Part shown: in pieces, positions 56,479 to 64,000 of the stretch
Layout of the letters: the number at the start of each line of letters is the position of its first letter
Position numbering within the stretch: the stretch's first letter is position 1
DNA from: an uncultured Gemmatimonadaceae bacterium
GTDB lineage: Bacteria; Gemmatimonadota; Gemmatimonadetes; Gemmatimonadales; Gemmatimonadaceae
Assembly: GCA_963817955.1 (NCBI GenBank)
Contig: CAWFQK010000002.1
Location: forward strand, 96,001-160,000
Reading direction: 5' to 3'
Length of the DNA stretch: 64,000 nucleotides
The notes under the pieces: generated by a model
Told to the model about the DNA's origin: nothing
The model's database searches: none
The model's input: only the letters and a program-made list of their open reading frames with translations
Translations under genes and position numbers: made by a program

Positions 56479-57804
56479 TCAGGAAGATGACAGGCTGGTG
56501 AGCGGCGGGATGAGGGGAAATTGAACGCTGACCCTGGTGCCCTGTCCAGGTTGCGATCGAATCCGGATTGCCGCCGTGTGCTCTTCTGCGATCCATTCTG
56601 CTATGGAAAGGCCCAATCCGGCTCCCTCGGACACTGCACCCTCGGCCGCGCCTCGCTTGCGGGACGGATCTCCGCGATAGAAGCGCTCGAACACGTGCGG
56701 GAGCTGCTCCGGGCCAATGCCGATACCGTTGTCGCTCACCGTCAACATGGCACTGGGCCCCTCGCGCCGTACGTCGACCCGCACGACACCCCCCGATGAT
56801 GTGTACTTGATCGCGTTGTCGAGCAGGATCATGACGAGCTGCCGCAACAACAGGGCGTCGGCCCGCACCGGAGCTTCTTCGAACGATTCCACCTCGACGC
56901 GCACACCACGGCGCTCACCAACGATGCGTAGCGCGTCAGCCGCATCGAGCGTCACATCGTCGAGAAACACGCGCTGCAGATCGAGCGGCCGTTCGCCGGC
57001 GTCGGCGCGCGCGAGCATCAGGAGATCTTCGACGATGCGCCCCAGGCGGCCCGTCTCGCGTTCCACGCTTCGAAGCGCCGCGATGTAGTGTTCCGGCTCA
57101 CGACGACGTTGAAGCGCGACATCCGCCTGGCTGCGAACCACGGTGAGCGGTGTACGAAGTTCATGCGCGGCGTCGGCCATGAACCGACGCATATGCGCAA
57201 TGGCCCGCTCGACCGGCGCAGTGGATTGTCTCGCCAGGAGCCATCCGCCGCCCGCCACGAGCACGACGGCAACGAGCGCCGCCAGACCGAACCAGGCGAT
57301 GAGGGCCGCATACTTGTCCTCGAGCTCGATCTCATCCGCGGCCGCAACGGCGACCAACGCCGGCCTCGCTCGCACCGCGAATCGCTGTGCATACACGCGC
57401 AATACACGATCGGAGCCAATGGCACGCGTGGCGTGCACCTGTCCGGTCTGCCCGGCGGCACGCGCCAATCGCTCGATCCAGTCTGGAGCTGGCCCACCGA
57501 CCGGCCGGCCAAGCGTGTCGGTGAGGTACAGCGTACGGTCGGGAATGCGGATGCCGCTCGACAAATCGAACGGGCGATCATTCGACGCTGCCTGCGCGCG
57601 AACGGCCCGCACCAACGCCGATGACGCATCGCGTAGCGAGGCATCGAGATCGCGGTCGTACTGCCGCGTGATCGCCGCGAACATCCCCACGCCGAGTAGC
57701 GCGAGGATGGCGAAGAATGTCGCGCTGTACCATGCCGTGAGGCGCAGGCGAAGGCGGTGCAGCGACTGTGGAAGGGTCGCCCGAGGGATCCCGCGGTGAG
57801 TCAC
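56479..57804 (-). CDS. Sensor histidine kinase
   Basis: ADAAHELRTPL, LLDNAIKY, DNGIG, FERFYR and GAGLGL. Confidence 0.92.
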   Translation of the reverse strand: MTHRGIPRATLPQSLHRLRLRLTAWYSATFFAILALLGVGMFAAITRQYDRDLDASLRDASSALVRAVRAQAASNDRPFDLSSGIRIPDRTLYLTDTLGRPVGGPAPDWIERLARAAGQTGQVHATRAIGSDRVLRVYAQRFAVRARPALVAVAAADEIELEDKYAALIAWFGLAALVAVVLVAGGGWLLARQSTAPVERAIAHMRRFMADAAHELRTPLTVVRSQADVALQRRREPEHYIAALRSVERETGRLGRIVEDLLMLARADAGERPLDLQRVFLDDVTLDAADALRIVGERRGVRVEVESFEEAPVRADALLLRQLVMILLDNAIKYTSSGGVVRVDVRREGPSAMLTVSDNGIGIGPEQLPHVFERFYRGDPSRKRGAAEGAVSEGAGLGLSIAEWIAEEHTAAIRIRSQPGQGTRVSVQFPLIPPLTSLSSS

Positions 57805-58469
57805 TTACCGAGGCGGTAGCCAGCGCCGCGCAGCGTCTGAATGAGCCTCACAGTCTGCCCTTCATCCACCTTTCTCCGTAGCCGGCGCACGAGCACCTCG
57901 AGCACGTTGGTGAACGGATCGTGGTTCTCGTCCCACACGTGTGCCGTGATGGCGGCGCGGTCCACGACCTGGTCGTGATGGATCACCAGGCATTCGAGCA
58001 ACGCGTACTCTTTTGCCGTCAGCTCGATCTCGCGCCCGGCGCGCGTCACACGGTGCGCACGAAGATCAACGGCCAGATCGGCGACCACAACCGTCTCGGG
58101 AAGCGGCGTCGGACGGCGACGCCCCAGGGCGCGTAACCGCGCAACCAATTCGCGAAAGGCAAATGGCTTGGTGAGATAATCGTCAGCGCCGGCGTCGAGC
58201 CCCTGCACACGATCGTCCACCGCGTCGCGCGCGGTGAGCATCAGCACCGGCGCTCCAACCCCGCGCGACCGAATGGCCCGGCAGAGGTCGAACCCGCTAC
58301 CCCCCGGCAGCATGACGTCGAGTATGATCACGTCGAATGTGCCGAGCACGGCACGGGACCGACCACCGGCGAACGCATGTTCGACGACGATCTGTAGTCC
58401 CTCCTCGCTCAGTCCGCTCGCGATGACAGTGGCGAGCTCGGCATCGTCTTCGACGAGCAGGACGCGCAC
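57801..58469 (-). CDS. OmpR-family response regulator
   Basis: LLVEDD, ILDVMLP, DYLTKPF and IQTLRGAGY. Confidence 0.93.
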   Translation of the reverse strand: MRVLLVEDDAELATVIASGLSEEGLQIVVEHAFAGGRSRAVLGTFDVIILDVMLPGGSGFDLCRAIRSRGVGAPVLMLTARDAVDDRVQGLDAGADDYLTKPFAFRELVARLRALGRRRPTPLPETVVVADLAVDLRAHRVTRAGREIELTAKEYALLECLVIHHDQVVDRAAITAHVWDENHDPFTNVLEVLVRRLRRKVDEGQTVRLIQTLRGAGYRLGK

Positions 58470-58850
58470 TCAGGGCTTTTTCGTTGGCTTCGGCTTGGCG
58501 GGCTTCGCCTCGGCGGCCGATTCCTTCTTCTCGGCGGCCGCGGATTCGTGCTCGTGAGCGACCACCTTCCCGGTGACCGCATCGACGTTCACTTCCTCGG
58601 TGCCAGTCTTGCCTGCGACCTTGAGTTCGTATGAATAGATCAGCTTTCCCTTCTCCCGCTCGATCTCCACGCCTTGGATCGTGCCCTTGGGCACGCGTTT
58701 CTGGGCCGTGGCGGCGGCGATCTCTTCGGTGATCTTGACCTGCTTCATGAGCGAATCCGGCAGATCACGCTTATAGGTGGCCTGCGCATGCGCGGCGGGA
58801 ACGGCGACGAACATGGCGGCGAATCCAGCAACGAGCGATGTGTATTTCAT
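58470..58850 (-). CDS. PepSY-domain secreted protein
   Basis: Signal peptide; EIEREKGKLIYSYEL...VDAVTGKV; GGAGGT RBS. Confidence 0.85.
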   Translation of the reverse strand: MKYTSLVAGFAAMFVAVPAAHAQATYKRDLPDSLMKQVKITEEIAAATAQKRVPKGTIQGVEIEREKGKLIYSYELKVAGKTGTEEVNVDAVTGKVVAHEHESAAAEKKESAAEAKPAKPKPTKKP

Positions 58851-58885
58851 GATACCTCCTGGAGAAACAAACAAGAGTACGCGAT

Positions 58886-59716
58886 TCACGGAGTAAATGA
58901 AAATCCCAGGTTTGCTCCGCCGCCGGGTGCAGGCGACGCCTGCACGCCAAGGAGCAGGCGATCCACATAATTGCCGGGGTGTCCGTGATTGTATCGTACG
59001 ATCTTGATACCGCTGAACGTGCCAATCGCCGCCCCAAGCACCACGTCACTCGCCCAGTGCGCATTGTTGTACATGCGCGACAAGCCGACCAGCGTCGCGC
59101 CCCCGTACATCACCGGCGCCACGATCCAGGTCTGATGCGGCCACCACCGTTGCGATTCGCTCGTGACGACGGACGCGGCGGCAAATGCAGCCGACGTGTG
59201 GCCCGACGGGAATGAGGAGTAGCCGCCGGCCGAGCCAAACCCGCGCCCGAACTTGAAATCATGCGGGTTCGTGTCTACTGACACGTACGGTCTCGCTCGG
59301 CCCGCGAGACCTTTGACGAACGTCGTTGCCGTAGCCGACAACAATATTGCTTCCGACCCGTGCAAGCCGAGGTCGGCAACGGGCTTCCAGTTTGCGAGGC
59401 GCCCAACCCCATACATCGACACTCCAATGACCACCGATCCCGGGTCGGCAAAATACTGGAGGCCGCGCGACGCGTTCTTGAAGAAGTGATTGGCCTGCGT
59501 CGTCGAATCCTGCAGTCGCTTCGCGAACGAACGATCGAGCGGGAACATGGCCACGGTCAGCACGGAGAACCCACCAGCCAGAGCCGCATCGCGCCAAGTG
59601 AACAGCGTCTTTGCCGCGTGCACACTGTCGTTGGGCATTGGTGTCTGCGCAGATAAAGCCGGCACACCTGCGGCCAGAACGAGAGCAGCAACGGAGACGC
59701 GGAATCGGTGTGACAT
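58886..59716 (-). CDS. PAP2-family phosphatase
   Basis: KGLAGRARP, SFPSGH and SRMYNNAHWASDV. Confidence 0.9.
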   Translation of the reverse strand: MSHRFRVSVAALVLAAGVPALSAQTPMPNDSVHAAKTLFTWRDAALAGGFSVLTVAMFPLDRSFAKRLQDSTTQANHFFKNASRGLQYFADPGSVVIGVSMYGVGRLANWKPVADLGLHGSEAILLSATATTFVKGLAGRARPYVSVDTNPHDFKFGRGFGSAGGYSSFPSGHTSAAFAAASVVTSESQRWWPHQTWIVAPVMYGGATLVGLSRMYNNAHWASDVVLGAAIGTFSGIKIVRYNHGHPGNYVDRLLLGVQASPAPGGGANLGFSFTP

Positions 59717-59883
59717 GATGGTAGTCAACTGGGGCCTCGACGATCGAATGTTTCCAGCGCGTGTGTTGCGCAGCGGTTTGACGCCGCGAGGCACGCCGGC
59801 ACGTCAAGTCTCGATGGCTTTGCAACTGACGGTCCAGTGTTTGCGGCGAGACGCGTCACTCTTCTTCATGGAGCCGTACCTAT

Positions 59884-60501
59884 ATGGCACGCAGCGATCT
59901 CAAGGGCAAACGGGTTGCGATTCTCGCGACGGATGGCGTCGAACTGGCTACGCTCACCGAGCCACGCAAAGCGCTCGATGACGCCGGAGCCAAGACGATC
60001 TTGGTATCACCGAAAGATAAGAAGATAAAAGGCTGGGACAGCGATCACTGGGGCGACGAGTTACGGGTTGACCAACCGCTGAATACGGCGCGCGCCGACG
60101 ACTTCGACGCATTGCTCCTCCCGGGTGGGCTCATGAGCCCCGACCAACTCCGTCAGGACAAGCGGGCGGTCGATTTCGTCAAGAATATTTTCCAGGCCGG
60201 GAAGCCGGTCGCCTCGATCTGCCATGGCGCGTGGCTGCTCGTCGAATCCGGCTCAGTGAAGGGTCGCACGATGACGTCGTATCCGTCGTTGCACACCGAC
60301 ATCAAGAATGCCGGCGGCGATTGGGTCGACCGCGAAGTGGTCACGGACATGGGGCTCGTGACGAGCCGCACACCTGATGACGTTCAGGCCTTCAACAGCA
60401 AGATGATCGAGGAGTTCGCCGAGGGAGTGCACACCGGCCGGCAAGCAGAGGCAAGCACGACGAAACGGCGCGAATCGCTGGGATTCGAGTCCAGAGAGTA
60501 A
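59884..60501 (+). CDS. DJ-1/PfpI-family protein
   Basis: VAILATDGVE, LLLPGG, ICHGAW and VTSRTPDD. Confidence 0.92.
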   Translation: MARSDLKGKRVAILATDGVELATLTEPRKALDDAGAKTILVSPKDKKIKGWDSDHWGDELRVDQPLNTARADDFDALLLPGGLMSPDQLRQDKRAVDFVKNIFQAGKPVASICHGAWLLVESGSVKGRTMTSYPSLHTDIKNAGGDWVDREVVTDMGLVTSRTPDDVQAFNSKMIEEFAEGVHTGRQAEASTTKRRESLGFESRE

Positions 60502-60522
60502 TACCGAGGAACCCTTACGGCC

Positions 60523-60551
60523 GTGCGGCCCGCGCGTTGCGCGGGCCGCAC
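60523..60551. terminator. 13-bp hairpin between convergent genes
   Basis: GTGCGGCCCGCGC-gtt-GCGCGGGCCGCAC. Confidence 0.55.
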
Positions 60552-60580
60552 ACATTCCCTTCTCCTCGACAGCCGCCGTG

Positions 60581-63500
60581 CTACAGAGACGCGGGCTCCG
60601 GCTGGTGGCCGCCCGGCAGACGCGCATCCGGCGGCAGCGCGACGCCCGCCGTCTGCTGGTCCTTGGCTCGGCGACGAGAGAGCCACTGCTGCCACTCGTC
60701 GAGATACGTATAGAACACCGGCGTCACGTACAGGGTGACGAGCTGCGAGAAGGCGAGACCACCGACGACCGCCACACCAAGTGGCCGGCGCGTCGATGCG
60801 CCGGCGCCCCACCCGACCGCGATCGGCACGGCGCCCATCAACGCCGCCATCGTCGTCATCATGATCGGGCGGAAACGCACGCTCGCCGCTTCGAGGATCG
60901 CCTCGGTCGGCGAGCGGTTGCCATCGCGCTGTGCTTCGATCGCGAAGTCGATCATCATGATCGCGTTCTTCTCCACGATGCCGATCAGCATGATGATACC
61001 CACGAAGCCGTAGATATCGAGATCCAGCCCGCACAGGATGAGCGTCACGAGCGCGCCGAACGCCGCGAACGGCAAGCCAGTGAGAATGGTGATCGGATGA
61101 ATGAAACTCTCATAGAGCACGCCGAGGATCACGTAGATCACGAACACGGCGAGGAGCATGAGCAGCAGCAAGCCTTGCTGCGTCGTCACGAAGGCGTCCG
61201 CGATGCCTGAGAAGCTTGCGACCACCGTACTCGGCAACACCTCGGAGCTCACCTGCTGTACCTGCTTGAGCGCCGTACCGAGCGATACGCCCGGCGCGAG
61301 GTTGAAGGACACCGTCACCGAGGGAAGCTGGCCGGAGTGGTTCACCGTCACCGGACCCACCGTGTAGCGGAACTTGGCGACGGTACTCAACGGCACGAGC
61401 GGACCGCGTGTCGAGCGCACCCAGAGCTTGCCGAGCGCCGAGACGTCGGACTGAAACTCTGGCAGCAACTCCATCACGACCCAGTACTCGTTGGTCGACG
61501 TGTAGATGGTCGACACCTGGCGCTGGCCGAACGCGTCGTAGAGCGTGTTCTCGATCTCGCTCGCCGACACGCCGAGTTGGCCCGCCTGCTCGCGGTCGAT
61601 GTCCACGGTCACCTGCGGATTCTCGATCAACAGATCGCTCGTGACGTCCGTGAGCGACGGAAGCACCCGAAGACGGCGCTCCAACTCGCGCGCGGCCGCG
61701 TTGAGGCCGTTGATGTCGCCGCTCTGCAGCGTGTACTGATAGAGGCTCTTCGAGGCAAGACCACCGATCGAGATCGCCGGCGGGTTCTGAATGAATGTGG
61801 CGATGTTTGGAACGCCTTGGACCGCTTTGGTGAGATCGCGCGCAATATCGTCGGCGCTGCGTTTGCGCTCGGTAATCGGCTTGAGGTCGATCGTGAGCTG
61901 GCCTTGATTGGCGGCCGCCGACGTACCGACCGACGACGTCACGGAGCGCACATCAGCGTCCTTGCGAACGATCTCGGCTACTTCCTGCTGGTGCTCCACG
62001 AGCGCATCGAACGAGACACCTTCGGCGGCTTCCGTAATCGCGAGGAGCTGTCCCGTGTCGTCCGTGGGAAACAGGCCCTTTGGCGTGGACCAGAACAGGT
62101 ACCCCGTGGCGAGGAGAATCATCGCCGAGAAGGCGAGCGTGAGCGGCCGGCGCTTCATGACCCAGGCGAGCGAGCGCTCGTACACCCCGAGCCAGGCGTC
62201 GTAGAACCGCTCCGTGGCGTTGTAGAGGCGACCGTGGCTCATGCCGTGATCCGACTTCAGGAAGCGGCTCGAGAGCATTGGCGTGAGCGTCAGCGACACG
62301 AAGCCGGACACGAGAATCGCCACGCCAATCGTCACGGCGAACTCGTGGAACAGCTTGCCGATGATGCCGCCCATGAACAAGAACGGAATGAACACGGCGG
62401 CCAGCGACATCGTCATCGAGAGAATCGTAAAGCCAACCTCGGAGGCGCCGTCGATGGCCGCTTCCATTTTTGACTTTCCCATTTCCATGTGTCGCACGAT
62501 GTTCTCGAGCATCACAATGGCGTCGTCGACCACGAAGCCCACGGCGAGCGTGAGCGCCATGAGCGACAGGTTGTCGAGGCTGTAGTGCAGGAGATACATC
62601 ACCGAGAACGTGGCGATGATCGACATCGGAAGCGCCAGACTCGGAATGATCGTCGCCGAGAAATTGCGCAGGAACAGAAAGATCACGAGCACGACGAGGA
62701 CGAGTGTCAACTCGAGCGTGAACGTGACGTCGTCGACCGATGCCTGGATCGTCGTCGAACGATCGTACAGCGTCGTCACCTTGATGGCGGGCGGGATGTC
62801 GGCGGTCAGTTTTTCGAGCGCCGCTTTCACGCGATTCGCCACGTCCACCGTGTTCGTGCCCGGCTGGCGCTGAATGGCCAGGACGATGGAGCGGGAGCCG
62901 TTGTACCAGCTCGCCGTCTTGTTGTTCTGTACGTCGTCGGTGATCCGGCCGATCTCGTCGAGATGCACGGGCGCGCCGTTGCGGTACGCCACGATCAGGT
63001 CGCTGAATTGCGCCGCGTTGTCGAGCTGCCCGGTGGCCTGAATGGTCAGCGCCTTCCGCTCTCCATACAGCACGCCCGTCGGCATGTTGACGTTCTGCGA
63101 CGTCACGGACGAGACGATGTCCTCCAGGGCAATGCCGCGCGTAGCGAGCTGGCCCGGGTCGAGCTGCAGGCGCACGGCGTACTTCTGGGCGCCGAACACC
63201 TGCACTTGCGACACACCGCTGACCATCGAGAGGCGCTGGGCCAGCGTGGTTTCGCCAAATTCGTCGAGCTTCGACAACGGGACTTCCGCCGACGTGAGCG
63301 CCAGCGTCAAGATCGGCGCGTCGGCGGGATTCGTCTTCTGATACGACGGTGGAATGATGCCCTGCGGCAGGCTGCGGCTCGTCTGGGCAATCGATGCCTG
63401 CACGTCCTGGGACGCGGCGTCGATGTTCCGGTCGAGCGCAAACTGGATGACGATCTGCGTGAGCCCGAGGCTCGACGTCGACGTCATGTTGTCGATGCCG

Positions 63501-63724
63501 GCGATCGTCGAGAAGGACTTCTCGAGCGGCGTGGCGACCGTTGCCGCCATCGTCTGCGGGCTCGTGCCCGGCAGCGTGGCGCTCACCGTGATCGTCGGAA
63601 AATCGACGTTCGGAAGATCGCTCACCGGCAACTGCCGGTACGCCACGATTCCGAATACGAGAATGGCAATCATGACGAGCGTCGTCATGACAGGGCGTTT
63701 GATGAACAGCGTGGTGAACTGCAT
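60581..63724 (-). CDS. RND efflux permease (MdtB/MdtC-like)
   Basis: 1047 aa; FIKRPVMTTL, LPNVDFPTI, GFVVDDAIVMLENI and RFRPIMMTT. Confidence 0.93.
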   Translation of the reverse strand: MQFTTLFIKRPVMTTLVMIAILVFGIVAYRQLPVSDLPNVDFPTITVSATLPGTSPQTMAATVATPLEKSFSTIAGIDNMTSTSSLGLTQIVIQFALDRNIDAASQDVQASIAQTSRSLPQGIIPPSYQKTNPADAPILTLALTSAEVPLSKLDEFGETTLAQRLSMVSGVSQVQVFGAQKYAVRLQLDPGQLATRGIALEDIVSSVTSQNVNMPTGVLYGERKALTIQATGQLDNAAQFSDLIVAYRNGAPVHLDEIGRITDDVQNNKTASWYNGSRSIVLAIQRQPGTNTVDVANRVKAALEKLTADIPPAIKVTTLYDRSTTIQASVDDVTFTLELTLVLVVLVIFLFLRNFSATIIPSLALPMSIIATFSVMYLLHYSLDNLSLMALTLAVGFVVDDAIVMLENIVRHMEMGKSKMEAAIDGASEVGFTILSMTMSLAAVFIPFLFMGGIIGKLFHEFAVTIGVAILVSGFVSLTLTPMLSSRFLKSDHGMSHGRLYNATERFYDAWLGVYERSLAWVMKRRPLTLAFSAMILLATGYLFWSTPKGLFPTDDTGQLLAITEAAEGVSFDALVEHQQEVAEIVRKDADVRSVTSSVGTSAAANQGQLTIDLKPITERKRSADDIARDLTKAVQGVPNIATFIQNPPAISIGGLASKSLYQYTLQSGDINGLNAAARELERRLRVLPSLTDVTSDLLIENPQVTVDIDREQAGQLGVSASEIENTLYDAFGQRQVSTIYTSTNEYWVVMELLPEFQSDVSALGKLWVRSTRGPLVPLSTVAKFRYTVGPVTVNHSGQLPSVTVSFNLAPGVSLGTALKQVQQVSSEVLPSTVVASFSGIADAFVTTQQGLLLLMLLAVFVIYVILGVLYESFIHPITILTGLPFAAFGALVTLILCGLDLDIYGFVGIIMLIGIVEKNAIMMIDFAIEAQRDGNRSPTEAILEAASVRFRPIMMTTMAALMGAVPIAVGWGAGASTRRPLGVAVVGGLAFSQLVTLYVTPVFYTYLDEWQQWLSRRRAKDQQTAGVALPPDARLPGGHQPEPASL

Positions 63725-63726
63725 TG

Positions 63727-63790
63727 TTACTGGTTGCTGGTTACTGGTGACTGTTTACTGGTGTCGCGTGTCCCGTTGTCCCGTGTCCCG
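63727..63790. repeat. Degenerate 7-bp repeats between RND genes
   Basis: TTACTGG-like x5 then TGTCCCG-like x4. Confidence 0.65.
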
Positions 63791-63793
63791 CTA

Positions 63794-64000
63794 TCAGTCG
63801 CCCGCCACCGGCTCGGGAACCTGACTCACGACTCGACCGTGCGCGCGCCGGCCGAGCCACGCCTGTAGATCGTCGAAATACGTGTAGAAGACCGGCGTCA
63901 CATAGAGCGTGACGACTTGACTGAACGCGAGCCCGCCCACAACGGCAATGCCGAGCGGGCGGCGCGACGCAGCACTGGCACCCACGCCGATGGCGATGGG
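63794..64000 (-). CDS. Second MdtB/C-like RND permease, C-terminus only
   Basis: RRPLGIAVVGGLAFSQVVTLYVTPVFYTYFD is paralogous to the end of the 60581 gene. Confidence 0.88.
   Translation of the reverse strand, partial: PIAIGVGASAASRRPLGIAVVGGLAFSQVVTLYVTPVFYTYFDDLQAWLGRRAHGRVVSQVPEPVAGD

Overview
High-GC bacterial chromosome segment whose gene content (ADOP-type permeases, PorV-like protein, RCC1 lipoprotein, 7-bp intergenic repeats) suggests Gemmatimonadota; this assignment is inference. The right half (31-64 kb) is mostly housekeeping and envelope genes: tRNA-Gly(CCC), a seven-tRNA operon behind efp, tesA/ybbA/ybbP-like genes, hydrolases, MarR, DedA-PAP2 and two RND efflux loci. The left half is accessory. 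Two decayed copies of the tRNA-Gly 3' half (6700-6745 and 21164-21179) suggest tandem integrase-less islands spanning about 24 kb. These carry an ice-binding-protein locus, two intact toxin-antitoxin pairs, a split transketolase with glycerate kinase, a ~1.1-kb 21-bp-period array and many gene scraps. The most notable observations are: (i) genes repeatedly collapsed by internal deletion, including three toxin genes, with one junction carrying a perfect 22-bp fold-back; (ii) a mosaic built from ~92-95% identical pieces of genes 6 kb away; (iii) the 21-bp heptad array upstream of a collapsed gene; (iv) a Cys/Pro-rich upstream ORF whose last codons can pair with the Shine-Dalgarno of a TonB-dependent receptor; (v) a 46-aa classical C2H2 zinc-finger protein; and (vi) an EF-P with Asn at the loop tip. 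Single-base frameshifts in the ABC-F and RND genes may be sequencing errors. All family calls come from motif recognition, not database searches.
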